Origin: an uncultured Alistipes sp. | GTDB taxonomy: Bacteria > Bacteroidota > Bacteroidia > Bacteroidales > Rikenellaceae | DNA length: 64,000 nucleotides | Direction: 5' to 3' | Assembly (NCBI GenBank): GCA_944321965.1 | Contig: CALUNH010000001.1 | Coordinates: 92,572-156,571 of the forward strand | Shown here: piece by piece, positions 34,652-45,726 of the stretch | How the letters are laid out: each line of letters begins with the position of its first letter | Numbering within the stretch: the first letter of the stretch is position 1 | The notes under the pieces: generated by a model | The model's input: only the letters and a program-made list of their open reading frames with translations | Database searches by the model: none | What the model was told of the DNA's origin: nothing | Made by a program: the position numbers and the translations under genes

Positions 34652-37603
34652 ATGAAGAGATTCTTATTATACGGTACATCAGCCGTTTTAGGGCTTTTCG
34701 CGACTCTGGGGAGCCTGCCCGTACATGCTGCCATCGATGCAAAAATCAACTTCGAAACCGAAATTCCCAAGGCTTTCTCCTGCGGGGAAAACAGCCGTAT
34801 CGAACTGAGCCAAAAACACTACAAGGACGGACAACAGTCGCTGCTCTGGAGCTGGACCGCACCCTCGACCCTCCAATACAACGATTTCGGACAACTCATC
34901 CGCTCGTTCCGCGTCAAACAGGCCGGCGTCATGCTCTGGATCTACAACCCCAAGGCCGTCAACGCCGACCTCCACTTCGCCTTCGAAACCCCCACGGGCG
35001 AAACGCCCTATTACTTCGATTTCCACCTCGACTTCACGGGCTGGCGAGCCTGCTGGATCAAGTACAACGACATGCCCGGAGACCACGCCTCGCAACAGAT
35101 CTCGCGACTGGTGATCTCCACCCCCGAGGGCGTCCAGAGCGGTGAGCTCTTCATCGACCGCCTGACCTTCGCCGAAACCCGCCTGCACGACCAGATTACC
35201 CCCGACCAGCAGATCCCCAACAACAACTGCAACCTCAAACGCTCGCTCTGGCACTGGGCCCGGCTCTGGGAGTGGGAGCAGTACGAATACGACGAACCCC
35301 TGCGGGAAATCACGGCCGACGAGAAAAAACAACTCGACCTGGTAAAGTCCCGCATCAACGCCATCGTCGAGGCCAACATGTCGAGCGGAAACTACATCAA
35401 CGGAACGATCATCCCGCGGGCGCTGAAAACCTTCCAGAACGCCAAAATCCACCGCACCGAAGACGGCGGCATCATCGGCGCCCCGCTGCTCTCGAACGAC
35501 GAGTGCAACCGCCCGAAGGGCGAACTCCGTCTCGACGACATCGAGAACATGCTCAATGCCTTCGCCCTGAACAGCTACGTCAACGGCGACCCGAAATACG
35601 ACGATGACTTCTTCCTGGTCATGGACCACGCCATCGACCAGGGCTTCGCTTTCGGCCACGGAAACGGAACCAACCACCACTACGGCTACAACGTGCGCAA
35701 GATCTACGACGCCATGTGGCTCATGCGCGACAAAATCGCACAGCGCGGCAAAACCGACGAGTATGTCCGCGTGCTGGCCTACTGGAGCGGCCTCTCCGAG
35801 ACGCGCAAACCCTATGTCTACGGACGTGACGAACTGCTCGACTCGTGGCACACGCTCCTGATGCCCAAACTCATCAGCGCCCTGATGCTCCCCACCGAAG
35901 CCGAACAGTACCGCGCCATGAAGGGCCTTTCGCGGTGGATGTCCGGGAGTCTGGACTTCACGCCCGGCACCATCGGCGGCATCAAGGTCGACGGTACGAC
36001 CTTCCACCACGGAGGCCTCTACCCCGCCTACTCGACCGGCGCCTTCGCCACGATCGGATACTACTGCAAGGCGGTCCGAAGCACCGACTTCAACCTCACG
36101 GAAGAGGCCCGCAAACACTTCAAGCTGGCCCTGCTGACCATGGCCAACTACACCAACCTGCGCGACTGGGGCCTCGGAATCGCCGGACGCCACCCCCTGA
36201 ACAAGAACGGTCGGATCCCGGATGCCGACGTCAACGCATTCGGACACCTGGCCGCCCTGGGCGACCTGACCGGCAGCGGCAAGAACGTCGATCCCGACCT
36301 GGCCGGAGCCTACCTCCGGCTCAAGGGCACCGACCGGGAGCTCAACAGCCTCTTCAAAAAGGAGGGCATCTCCGCAGGCCCCACCCCCTCGGGCTTCTTC
36401 GTCTACAACTACGGCGCCCTGGGAATCCACCGCCGCGACGACTGGATGGTTACCCTCAAGGCCTTCAATACGGATGTCTGGGGCTCGGAAATCTACACCC
36501 GGGACAACCGCTACGGACGTTACCAGAGCTACGGCTCGGCCCCGATCATCGGGTCGGGCAACCCCGTCTCGGCCGCCGCCAGCGGATTCGTACAGAACGG
36601 ATGGGACTGGAACCGGGTCCCCGGCACCACCACCATCCACCTGCCCTGGGCCGAACTCAACAACCCGCTCCCCGGAACCCTCATGGAACGCAACCCCGAA
36701 CGCTTCTCCGGCGCCTCGTCGCTCGAAGGCCGCAACGGCATCCTGGCCCTCCACTTCGTCGAGGGCAGCCGCAAGAACTTCACCCCCGGCGCCACGGCCT
36801 ACAAGACGGTCTTCTGTTTCGACAACCGACTGGTCTTCCTCGGAAGCGGCATCGACAACAACAACACGACCTACCCCACCGAAACAACGCTCTTCCAGCT
36901 CCAGCTCGCCGACCGCGGCGAACAGATGGAGGTCGACGGCGAAATCTACGACACCTTCCCGCTCCACCTCTCGAAAGGCGGCGAACGTGTCGTGCTCTCC
37001 GACACGAAGGGCAATTTCTACGTGGTGAAGAATGCCGGCGCCCTGAACGTCCTCAAACAGGAACAGACCTCGCCCAACGACAAGACCCATGCCATGCAGA
37101 CCGGCGACTTCGCAACCGCATACATCGACCACGGCCGCGCCCCGAAACAGGCCGGATACGAATACGTCGTCTACGTCCAGCCCTCGAACAAGGAGATCAA
37201 CCGCCTGCTCAAGAAGGATGAATACGAGGTGGTCCGCAAAGACAACATGGCCCATGTGGTAAAGGACCTCCAGACCGGAATCACGGGTTACGTCTGCTTC
37301 AAGGAGTACAAGAGCGACGGCCTCGTGCGCGGCGTGACCGAAGAGACAATCGTCATGGAACGGGTCGACGCCGACGGGCAGATCGTCATGAGCGTCTGCA
37401 CCCCCGACCTGGGCCTCACCGAAAAAACATACACCACGCGCCAGGAGAGCCAGCCCATCGAAAAGGAGGTTCGCCTCGGCGGCGCCTGGGAACTCGTTAA
37501 TCCCGCCGCAAACGTGGAACTCTCCCAGGCCGACGCGGAAACCATCCTGAAAGTCACCTGCCGCCACGGACAACCCGTGGAATTCCGACTCAAGAAAAAG
37601 TAA
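34652..37603 (+). CDS. Chondroitinase ABC-type lyase (PL8), second paralogue
   Basis: LDFTGWRA, NHHYGY, DGTTFHHGGLYPAY, AGRHP, GWDWNRVPGTT; signal peptide from MKRFLL at 34652. Confidence 0.92.
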   Translation: MKRFLLYGTSAVLGLFATLGSLPVHAAIDAKINFETEIPKAFSCGENSRIELSQKHYKDGQQSLLWSWTAPSTLQYNDFGQLIRSFRVKQAGVMLWIYNPKAVNADLHFAFETPTGETPYYFDFHLDFTGWRACWIKYNDMPGDHASQQISRLVISTPEGVQSGELFIDRLTFAETRLHDQITPDQQIPNNNCNLKRSLWHWARLWEWEQYEYDEPLREITADEKKQLDLVKSRINAIVEANMSSGNYINGTIIPRALKTFQNAKIHRTEDGGIIGAPLLSNDECNRPKGELRLDDIENMLNAFALNSYVNGDPKYDDDFFLVMDHAIDQGFAFGHGNGTNHHYGYNVRKIYDAMWLMRDKIAQRGKTDEYVRVLAYWSGLSETRKPYVYGRDELLDSWHTLLMPKLISALMLPTEAEQYRAMKGLSRWMSGSLDFTPGTIGGIKVDGTTFHHGGLYPAYSTGAFATIGYYCKAVRSTDFNLTEEARKHFKLALLTMANYTNLRDWGLGIAGRHPLNKNGRIPDADVNAFGHLAALGDLTGSGKNVDPDLAGAYLRLKGTDRELNSLFKKEGISAGPTPSGFFVYNYGALGIHRRDDWMVTLKAFNTDVWGSEIYTRDNRYGRYQSYGSAPIIGSGNPVSAAASGFVQNGWDWNRVPGTTTIHLPWAELNNPLPGTLMERNPERFSGASSLEGRNGILALHFVEGSRKNFTPGATAYKTVFCFDNRLVFLGSGIDNNNTTYPTETTLFQLQLADRGEQMEVDGEIYDTFPLHLSKGGERVVLSDTKGNFYVVKNAGALNVLKQEQTSPNDKTHAMQTGDFATAYIDHGRAPKQAGYEYVVYVQPSNKEINRLLKKDEYEVVRKDNMAHVVKDLQTGITGYVCFKEYKSDGLVRGVTEETIVMERVDADGQIVMSVCTPDLGLTEKTYTTRQESQPIEKEVRLGGAWELVNPAANVELSQADAETILKVTCRHGQPVEFRLKKK

Positions 37604-37637
37604 ACCTATTTACCCCACAACCTCTATATTTATATTT

Positions 37638-40600
37638 ATGAAAAAAGCACTGAAACGAATGACCGCGGTCGTGCTGCTGACCCTGTCGGTATTCCTGACG
37701 GGTGAAGCCTTCGCACAACCCACCGTGGTCGGACGTGTGGTTGACACCAACAACGTCCCGTTGATCGGCGTCAATGTCGTGGTCAAGGGTACGACCACGG
37801 GTACGACTACCGGCATCGACGGCAACTACTCGATCAAAGTCGGAGAAACCCAGACTCTGGTCTTCTCCTACCTGGGTTATACGACCGTCGAGGAGGTCGT
37901 CGGCAAACGAACCACCATCAACGTGAAAATGGCTGAAGAAGCCACCCAGCTGGGAGCCGTCGAGATCGTCAACATCGGTTACGGCACCACGACGCGCCGC
38001 GACCTGACCGGTTCGGTCGCCAAAGCCGACCTGGGTACCATGATGAAGGCCAACGTCACGAACTTCGACCAGGCACTCAACGGCCGTATCGCCGGCGTGG
38101 TGGTCACTACGGGCGACGGTTCGCTGGGCGCCGAGGCCAACATCACCATCCGAGGCAACAACTCCCTCACCCAGAGCAACGCCCCGCTCTACATCATCGA
38201 CGGATTCCCCTCCGAAGGGTCGTTCGCCACGTCGATCAACCCCGCGGACATCGAGTCGATCGACGTGCTGAAGGATGCCTCGGCTACGGCCATCTACGGT
38301 GCCCGCGGCGCCAACGGCGTCATCGTCATCAATACCAAACGCGGTAACGAAGGCAAACCCACCGTCAACTTCAGCGCCTCGTTCTCGATGAGCCACATCG
38401 CCAACAAGGTCGACCTAATGGACTCCTACGAGTTCGTCCGCCTGCAGGAGGAGCTCTCCTCGGCAGAGACGCTGGCCAGCACCTACTACAGTTACAGCGA
38501 GGAGTACGGCCGCAACCTCACGCTCGATGATTACCACAACATCCCCGGCATCGACTGGCAGGATGAACTCTACCGTACGGCCTTCCAGCAGAACTACAAC
38601 GTCTCGCTCTCGGGCGGCAACAAGGAGGGCCTGCGCTACAACGTCGGATTCTCGGCCCTGGACCAGGACGGTATCATCATCCGCTCGAACTTCCAGCGCT
38701 ACCAGGGCAAGGCGAACTTCACGCTGCCGATCAACAAGAAACTCACCCTCAACGCCAATGCCAACTACTCGCGCACGGCAACCAACGGCGTAAACCCCAC
38801 GACGGCCGAAACAACCTCCTCGTCGTCGGGCTGGCTGATGTACTCGGTCTGGGGCTACCGTCCCGTGACGGCCCCCGGGCAGGATATCCTCGACTCGATC
38901 CTCGACGCTTCGATCGACGGATCGAACGACTACCGTTTCAACCCCGTGAAGACGGCCAAGAACGAGTATCGCAAAACGCTGGTCGACTACCTCAACGCCA
39001 ACATCGCCCTGACGTGGAAGATCACCCCCGAACTGACGTTCAAGACCACGGGCGGCTACGTGATGAACAAACGGCGCCGCGAAGAGTTCAACGGCACCGA
39101 AACCTATACGGGTTATCCGGGCTCGCCGAGCGGAAAGGGCGTCAACGGCGCCATCTACTGGACCGATCAGGCCAACTGGTCGAACGAAAACACGCTCAAC
39201 TACAAGCGCCGCTTCGGCCGCAACCACAACGTCGACATGATGGTGGGTCTCTCGTTCCAGGGACAGAAAAACACCTACGAAGGAATCTCGGCCACGCAGA
39301 TCACCTCCGAAGAGCTGGGCATCGCAGGTATCTACACCGGTAACTACCAGAGCGTGGCCAGCAACTATTTCGACTGGCGCATGATGTCGATGTTCCTGCG
39401 TGCGAACTACAACTTCCGCTACAAGTATTATCTGACCTTCTCGTTCCGTGCCGACGGTTCGTCGAAGTTCCCCTCCGACAACCGCTGGGGCTACTTCCCC
39501 TCGGTGGGCGCCTCGTGGAACTTCAACCGCGAAAACCTCTTCAAGAATTCCGAGTGGCTCAACAACGGTAAGCTCCGCTTCTCGTGGGGTCTGACGGGTA
39601 ACAACCGAACCCAGACGCCCTATGACTTCTACTCGCAGATCACCGTCACGCCGGGCTCGGGCAACTCCTTCGACTACGTATTCAACGGCGAGCGCGTGCC
39701 GGGTTACTACATCTCGAACATGGCCAACGAAAAACTCAAGTGGGAGACCACCGAACAGTTCAACGTCGGTATCGACCTGGGCTTCTTCGACGACCGGCTC
39801 AAAGTGACGGCCGACTGGTACGACAAGGTGACGCGCGACCTGCTGCTCTATGCCCTGCTGCCCGCATCGGCCGGCTACGAACAGGGTATGCTCAACATCG
39901 GAAGCATCCGCAACCGCGGATTCGAGTTCACGCTCGAAACCGTGAACATCAAAACCCGGAACTTCCAGTGGTCGACGTCGTTCAACATCGCCTTCAACCG
40001 AAACAAGATTCTCGGACTGGTCGACAACCAGAACTCGCTGCAAACCTCCGTATCGTGGGAGACGAAATTCAACTCGCAGTTCCCCTACATCTCTCAGGTG
40101 GGCAAGCCCACGGGCATGATGTACGGCTTCATCTACGAAGGAACTTACAAACCCGAAGACTTCAATGCGGACGGCAGCCTGCGTGACGGAATCCCCGCCT
40201 ACAAGGGCAACACGATGCAGCCCGGCGACCTGAAGTACCGCGACATGAACGGCGACGGCAAGATCGACGACTACGACCGTACGCTCATCGGCTGCGGACA
40301 GCCGCTGCACACGGGAGGTTTCAACAACAGTTTCAACTGGAAGAGCTTCGACCTGAACATCTTCTTCTCGTGGAGCTACGGAAACGACATTCTCAATGCC
40401 AACCGGCTGGTCTTCGAGTCGGGATGGAAGGCCCAGACCAACCAGTTCTCGACGTTCGCCAACCGCTGGACCCCGGACAACCCCACCTCGGACATCCCGC
40501 GCACAAGCGCAACGGGCAGCGAGGAGTATTCGTCGCGCGTCATCGAGGACGGCTCCTACCTGCGTCTGAAGAACGTCTCCTTAGGCTACACGATCCCGAG

Positions 40601-40793
40601 CCGCCAGCTCCGCAAGGCAGGTATCAGTTCCATGCGCATCTACGTCTCGGCCGACAACATCTGGACGCTGACCAACTACAGCGGTCCGGATCCCGAGGTC
40701 TCGACCCGCAACTCGGTGCTGACCCCCGGTTTCGACTGGTCGGCATACCCCCGCGCCTACGGCTTCACGGCCGGCGTAAACATCACGTTCTAA
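37638..40793 (+). CDS. susC: SusC-like TonB-dependent transporter
   Basis: N-terminal carboxypeptidase-like domain, PLYIIDG, VLKDASATAIYGARGANGVI, LKWETT, C-terminal Phe. Confidence 0.96.
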   Translation: MKKALKRMTAVVLLTLSVFLTGEAFAQPTVVGRVVDTNNVPLIGVNVVVKGTTTGTTTGIDGNYSIKVGETQTLVFSYLGYTTVEEVVGKRTTINVKMAEEATQLGAVEIVNIGYGTTTRRDLTGSVAKADLGTMMKANVTNFDQALNGRIAGVVVTTGDGSLGAEANITIRGNNSLTQSNAPLYIIDGFPSEGSFATSINPADIESIDVLKDASATAIYGARGANGVIVINTKRGNEGKPTVNFSASFSMSHIANKVDLMDSYEFVRLQEELSSAETLASTYYSYSEEYGRNLTLDDYHNIPGIDWQDELYRTAFQQNYNVSLSGGNKEGLRYNVGFSALDQDGIIIRSNFQRYQGKANFTLPINKKLTLNANANYSRTATNGVNPTTAETTSSSSGWLMYSVWGYRPVTAPGQDILDSILDASIDGSNDYRFNPVKTAKNEYRKTLVDYLNANIALTWKITPELTFKTTGGYVMNKRRREEFNGTETYTGYPGSPSGKGVNGAIYWTDQANWSNENTLNYKRRFGRNHNVDMMVGLSFQGQKNTYEGISATQITSEELGIAGIYTGNYQSVASNYFDWRMMSMFLRANYNFRYKYYLTFSFRADGSSKFPSDNRWGYFPSVGASWNFNRENLFKNSEWLNNGKLRFSWGLTGNNRTQTPYDFYSQITVTPGSGNSFDYVFNGERVPGYYISNMANEKLKWETTEQFNVGIDLGFFDDRLKVTADWYDKVTRDLLLYALLPASAGYEQGMLNIGSIRNRGFEFTLETVNIKTRNFQWSTSFNIAFNRNKILGLVDNQNSLQTSVSWETKFNSQFPYISQVGKPTGMMYGFIYEGTYKPEDFNADGSLRDGIPAYKGNTMQPGDLKYRDMNGDGKIDDYDRTLIGCGQPLHTGGFNNSFNWKSFDLNIFFSWSYGNDILNANRLVFESGWKAQTNQFSTFANRWTPDNPTSDIPRTSATGSEEYSSRVIEDGSYLRLKNVSLGYTIPSRQLRKAGISSMRIYVSADNIWTLTNYSGPDPEVSTRNSVLTPGFDWSAYPRAYGFTAGVNITF

Positions 40794-40815
40794 CGCCCAA
40801 AAGCACTATATCGCC

Positions 40816-42723
40816 ATGAAAATAAAGAATATATACAAACTGGGTAGCCTGGCGCTGCTGGGAACGGCACTCTCGGCATGTACGTTCCTCGACACGGATC
40901 CGCAGGTCATCGGCAGCGAAGGCTACTACACGCCCGAGACAAAACTGCAATACGGACTTGCCGGAGTCTACGGCGTCCTGAGCAGCGAGGCCCTCTACGG
41001 AAACTACTACTCGCTGCAGATCAGCAACGCCGACGACCTCTGCTACTTCAACAACTACAACAGCACCGATACGCGCCCGGACCGTTACAACCATGCCGCA
41101 GGTACGGCTGTCATCTACGAGACGTGGCTGAAACTCTATCAGGGTATCAAAAATGCCAACGAATACATCCAGGGTGTCGAGACCTCGGTAGCCGACTCGA
41201 AGATCGACACGGAGACCCTCTCGGACGGCATCGAGGTCTATCTGGGCGAAGCGAGATTCCTCAGGGCCTACTACCACTTCCTGCTGGCTCAGGCCTGGGG
41301 TGACGTGCCTCTGCGCGTGGTATCGACGACCTCTCCCAACCCCGAAGACGTGCAGTTGGCCGCTACGCCGCAGGAGGATGTGCTCAAATGGTGCGTCGAC
41401 GAGATCGAAGCGATCGTCGACGATCTCAGCACGGACGTCAACCTGAACCCCTCGCGTGTCACCCGGGAGGTGGCCGAGGGTATTCTCGCCCGCATCTACC
41501 TCTTCATGGCCGGCGAAAGCGTGGACAATGTCGAGGGACTCTCGAAGCAGGAGATGTACAAGAAGGCCGCCGACTGGGCATACAAGGTCATTGCCGAAAG
41601 AGGCTACGTGCTGAATCCGAGCTACGAGCAGGTCTTCATCAACATGATCCAGGACAAATACGACACGGAGTATCACGAGTCGATGTGGGAGGCCGAATTC
41701 CTCGGCGACCGCACGAGTGCCGACAAGTGGACCAACGGCCGTATCGGCGATCTGATCGGTCTGAAATCGCAGTCGGGAACCACCAATTACTCGGAATGGG
41801 CCTGCAACTACTCCTACGGCTTCTACAACGGTTCGTACACCCTCTGGCAGCTCTATTCGGAGACCGACCGCGTGGAAACCGACCTGAGTGCCGCGGAAGA
41901 CGAATACAATAAGGTCAACGAACCGGTTATCGACAAGCGCCGGATCTGGAACCTCCCGGGCTACAACTACCGCGGATTCGGCAACACCGACACCAAGAAA
42001 GGTCAGGAGATCACCTACAAGCAGGACGGCGTCAACGTCACGCGCGTGCTGCTTCAGGAGAGGAGCATGTACAAAACCCCATGGATCTACCAGAACAACT
42101 TTGCCACGCGAGAGGTCGAAGGCCTCGACCTGACAGTCGAAAATGCCTACAACCCGGGCTTAGATCCGAATAAAGAAAAAGACGTAATCAACTATGACCC
42201 GGAGGTTATGAGCGCCGTGCGCAATGCGGGCAAGTGGCGCCGCGAGACCATCTACGAAAACCAGATGTCAGCCAAGAACCTCTACACGACGATCAACTTC
42301 CCGATCCTGCGCTATTCGGACATCCTGCTGATGTATGCCGAGGCAATCAACGAGTATGCCGGGGCTCCGGACGACATCGCCAAGGAGGCGGTCAAGGCCG
42401 TCCGTACGCGGGCCGGAATCCAGACCAACGAGAGCCAGCTGAACGATCCTCAGCTATTCCGCGAACTGGTTCGCAACGAACGCGGCCGCGAACTGGCTTT
42501 CGAGGGGCTGCGCAAGTACGACCTGATCCGCTGGGGCATCTTCGAGACACGAATGCACCAGGCCGGGACCAACGTTCCCAATGACAACAAATTCCGGAAC
42601 AAGACCATTACGGACTTCGCCGCCACGACCTACGCCAACGTCAGCGAACGGCACATTTATCTGCCGATCCCGACCAAGGAGCTGGCCGTGAACCACGCAC
42701 TCACTCAGAACCCCTTATGGTAA
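40816..42723 (+). CDS. susD: SusD/RagB-like glycan-binding lipoprotein
   Basis: Lipobox LSAC, GEARFLRAYYHF, RYSDILLMYAEA, ERGRELAFEG.R.YDL.RWG, QNP.W. Confidence 0.95.
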   Translation: MKIKNIYKLGSLALLGTALSACTFLDTDPQVIGSEGYYTPETKLQYGLAGVYGVLSSEALYGNYYSLQISNADDLCYFNNYNSTDTRPDRYNHAAGTAVIYETWLKLYQGIKNANEYIQGVETSVADSKIDTETLSDGIEVYLGEARFLRAYYHFLLAQAWGDVPLRVVSTTSPNPEDVQLAATPQEDVLKWCVDEIEAIVDDLSTDVNLNPSRVTREVAEGILARIYLFMAGESVDNVEGLSKQEMYKKAADWAYKVIAERGYVLNPSYEQVFINMIQDKYDTEYHESMWEAEFLGDRTSADKWTNGRIGDLIGLKSQSGTTNYSEWACNYSYGFYNGSYTLWQLYSETDRVETDLSAAEDEYNKVNEPVIDKRRIWNLPGYNYRGFGNTDTKKGQEITYKQDGVNVTRVLLQERSMYKTPWIYQNNFATREVEGLDLTVENAYNPGLDPNKEKDVINYDPEVMSAVRNAGKWRRETIYENQMSAKNLYTTINFPILRYSDILLMYAEAINEYAGAPDDIAKEAVKAVRTRAGIQTNESQLNDPQLFRELVRNERGRELAFEGLRKYDLIRWGIFETRMHQAGTNVPNDNKFRNKTITDFAATTYANVSERHIYLPIPTKELAVNHALTQNPLW

Positions 42724-42746
42724 AACGCACAACAGCAAAGCAGACC

Positions 42747-43772
42747 ATGAAGACAAAACGCATTACATATCTCGCAACGGCCCTCGCGCTCATGGCGGCG
42801 GGAAGTTCGTGCGAGCACGACGAAATCTACGAACCGCTGGAGTTCTCGGTGCAGTTGGCCCCGACGAATACCTACAAGACGGGCGACCCCGTGGTATTCA
42901 ATTTCAGCGGCAATGCCGACTACATCACCGTCTGGAACGGCGATACGGGGCACGAATACAGATACCGGGACCGCACAAGCGTGGCTTTCGAGGACATCAT
43001 CTCGTGCAAACTCTCGTTCGGACTGGCCCAGGCCTACGGCCAGACGGATACCGATACGCGCTACTGCAACATTCTTGTCACGGATCAGTTTGAAGGTCTC
43101 AACGGGGCGGATGCCGAGGCCGACGGAGCCCTGGTAGCCGCCATCGACGACCAGTACACGGGCTGGACAGAACTGGAGTATGAAAACCTGAGCAATCGGG
43201 TCTCCCTCGTCAACGTGGCCAAAGTGCCCTACAGCTACGACATTACGAAGTATGCCGAGAATTTCGGGTTCGCCCTGCATTTCCACCACGGGGAGAACCA
43301 GAACATGCGTTCGTTCGCCTTCAATGAAATCCAGATCGAGGTGCAGTTCAACGGTTACAATCCTCAGGTCTACGATTACGAGGACCTCTCGTTCGTCACC
43401 TACTCCACCATCCCGGAAGATGCCGATAATCCGTACGAGCACAACGTCTCCGGAGACGGTTGGGTCAAACTCCAGGGTGAAACCGGGTCGAACAACGCGG
43501 GCGAAATCGTCTACCAGGGATACAACTGGGCCAATCACCCCTATGTCTGTGACCAGTGGGTCTTCATGCGCCCGATCAACCTCAACGGCATCTCGCCCGA
43601 TACGGGCCAGAGCATCAAGGGCGTGGCCGACGACGTGAAGAGCTACTCCTACACCTACACCAAGCCGGGAACCTACACCGTCACGTTCCTCGTCGGCAAC
43701 GGAAACTACCAGGGTGAATCGGGAATCCAGACCTACGAAATGAAAGTCACGATCGTCGACCCGATCGAATAA
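42747..43772 (+). CDS. Surface glycan-binding lipoprotein (DUF5017-like, PKD-like C-terminus)
   Basis: Lipobox GSSC; FSGNADYITVWNG..GHEY; YTYTKPGTYTVTF; follows susD. Confidence 0.7.
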   Translation: MKTKRITYLATALALMAAGSSCEHDEIYEPLEFSVQLAPTNTYKTGDPVVFNFSGNADYITVWNGDTGHEYRYRDRTSVAFEDIISCKLSFGLAQAYGQTDTDTRYCNILVTDQFEGLNGADAEADGALVAAIDDQYTGWTELEYENLSNRVSLVNVAKVPYSYDITKYAENFGFALHFHHGENQNMRSFAFNEIQIEVQFNGYNPQVYDYEDLSFVTYSTIPEDADNPYEHNVSGDGWVKLQGETGSNNAGEIVYQGYNWANHPYVCDQWVFMRPINLNGISPDTGQSIKGVADDVKSYSYTYTKPGTYTVTFLVGNGNYQGESGIQTYEMKVTIVDPIE

Positions 43773-43789
43773 ACGCATCATGAACAACG

Positions 43790-43829
43790 AAAGCCTGCTT
43801 TTTTACAGCCGAAAAAGCAGGCTTTTTTT
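43790..43829 (+). terminator. Intrinsic terminator
   Basis: AAAGCCTGCTTTTT...AAAAAGCAGGCTTTTTTT. Confidence 0.85.
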
Positions 43830-43910
43830 CACGAATTCAGGTTGCAATTTTGCATAATTTTCAATATCTTTGAAAGTGCATAAACCTAAAACCGAAACGG
43901 ACTCCAACCT

Positions 43911-45023
43911 ATGAATGCAGAATTACAGGCAGAACTCCAGAAAATAGCTTCGCACTTCGCGCTGGAAGGCGACATCGCCGCGATCAACTCGCTCGGCGAC
44001 GGTTTCATCAACGATACGTTCATCATCCGCACAACAGGAGACACCCCGGATTATATCCTCCAACGCAAGAACAAGAATATCTTCCCCGATGTCCCGGGCA
44101 TGATGGAGAACATCCGCAAGGTCACCGAACACATTCGCCGCCGGGTCATCGCCGAGGGCGGAGACCCGCTGCGCGAGGCCATGACCGTCGTCCCGACCTT
44201 CGACGGGAAACTCTACCACATCGACTCGCTGGGCGATTACTGGGCCGTCACGGTCTTCATCGCCGACACCATCGCCTACAACAAGGCCGACTCCCCGGAA
44301 CTCGCCCGCAAGGGCGGTGAGGGAATCGGAAAGTTCCAGGCCCAGCTGGCCGACTTCACGGAGCCGCTGGCCGAGACGATCAAGGGTTTCCACAACATCC
44401 GCCACCGCTTCGTGCAGTGGGACGAGGCGCTGAAACGCGATGCCGCCGGCCGCGTGAAGGAGCTCGCGACGGAGATCGGATGGATCGAATCGCGCCGCGG
44501 GGAGATGCTCGACTTCTGGAAGATGGTCGAGGACGGCACGATCCCTACCCGCGTGACACACAACGACACGAAAATCAACAACATCCTCTTCAACAAGGAG
44601 GGAGAGGTCCTCTGCGCCATCGACCTCGATACGGTGATGAACTCCACGTCGCTCAACGACTTCGGAGACGCCATCCGCTCCTACACCAACACGGGAGACG
44701 AGGATGACCGCGACCTCACGCGCGTCAGTATGTCGATCGAGATGTTCCGAGCCTACACCGAGGGATACCTCTCGCAGCGTGCCAGCCAGCTCTCCCAGCC
44801 GGAAATCGATTACCTGGCCTTCTCGGCCCGCTACATCACCTACGAACAGGTGCTGCGCTTCCTGATGGACTACATCGACGGAGACCTCTACTACAAGATC
44901 AAATACCCGGAGCACAACCTCGTGAGAACCCATGCCCAGTACAAACTGCTGCAAAGCATGGAGGATCAATACCCGACGATGTGCCAAATCGTGCGCGACG
45001 CAGTCGCCAAATACAAAAAATAG
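43911..45023 (+). CDS. APH/choline-kinase-fold phosphotransferase (N-acetylhexosamine 1-kinase-like)
   Basis: G.INDTF, YILQ, VTHNDTKINN, IDLDTVM, DFGDAIRS; TATCTTTG box at 43865-43872. Confidence 0.8.
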   Translation: MNAELQAELQKIASHFALEGDIAAINSLGDGFINDTFIIRTTGDTPDYILQRKNKNIFPDVPGMMENIRKVTEHIRRRVIAEGGDPLREAMTVVPTFDGKLYHIDSLGDYWAVTVFIADTIAYNKADSPELARKGGEGIGKFQAQLADFTEPLAETIKGFHNIRHRFVQWDEALKRDAAGRVKELATEIGWIESRRGEMLDFWKMVEDGTIPTRVTHNDTKINNILFNKEGEVLCAIDLDTVMNSTSLNDFGDAIRSYTNTGDEDDRDLTRVSMSIEMFRAYTEGYLSQRASQLSQPEIDYLAFSARYITYEQVLRFLMDYIDGDLYYKIKYPEHNLVRTHAQYKLLQSMEDQYPTMCQIVRDAVAKYKK

Positions 45024-45032
45024 ACGCAAGAC

Positions 45033-45680
45033 ATGGAAATCCGCAAGTTTTCAGGTATCGATTTCGAGAATCCGGAGGCCGTCGACGCGGTGTTCGCACA
45101 GGTCGAATCCCGACCCATCGCCTGCTGCAACTGGCCGGACGGATATCCGTATGCCCCGGAAGTGAGGTTCCGGATGTTCCACACCGGCAACAGGCTCCTG
45201 CTGCGCTTCGACGTCGCGGAGAACTACACCGCCGCACGTGTCACGGAGGACAACGGAGAGGTCTGGACCGATTCGTGCGTGGAATTCTTCCTGGCCGTGG
45301 GCGACGAAAGCGGGTACTACAATTTCGAAACAACCTGCATCGGACGAATGCTCCTCGGATTCCGACATACGCACGCCGATGCAGTACACGCCGCACAGGA
45401 GGTGATGGACTCGGTAAAACGAACCACGACGCTGCCCTTCGGCGAACCCTTCGAGGAGCGTGAGGGGAACAACCACTGGTCGCTGACCCTGGCCATACCC
45501 CCCGAAGCGCTGTTCCGGCACGAAATCAAGGACTGGAGCGGTGTGGAGGCCCGCGTGAACCTCTACAAATGCGGCGACAACCTCTCGCATCCGCACTTCC
45601 TCTCGTGGAGGCCCATTCAGACCGAGAAGCCCGATTTCCACCGTCCCGAATATTTCGAGCGGGTGGTCTTCGAGAAATAA
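45033..45680 (+). CDS. CBM9-like (DOMON) cytoplasmic protein
   Basis: VWTDSCVEFF, NLYKCGD...PHFLSW.PI....PDFHRPEYF; no signal peptide. Confidence 0.8.
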   Translation: MEIRKFSGIDFENPEAVDAVFAQVESRPIACCNWPDGYPYAPEVRFRMFHTGNRLLLRFDVAENYTAARVTEDNGEVWTDSCVEFFLAVGDESGYYNFETTCIGRMLLGFRHTHADAVHAAQEVMDSVKRTTTLPFGEPFEEREGNNHWSLTLAIPPEALFRHEIKDWSGVEARVNLYKCGDNLSHPHFLSWRPIQTEKPDFHRPEYFERVVFEK

Positions 45681-45726
45681 ACCGATCCCGGAGGCCCCAG
45701 ATATCCGATATCTCCAGGCGTGGAAG

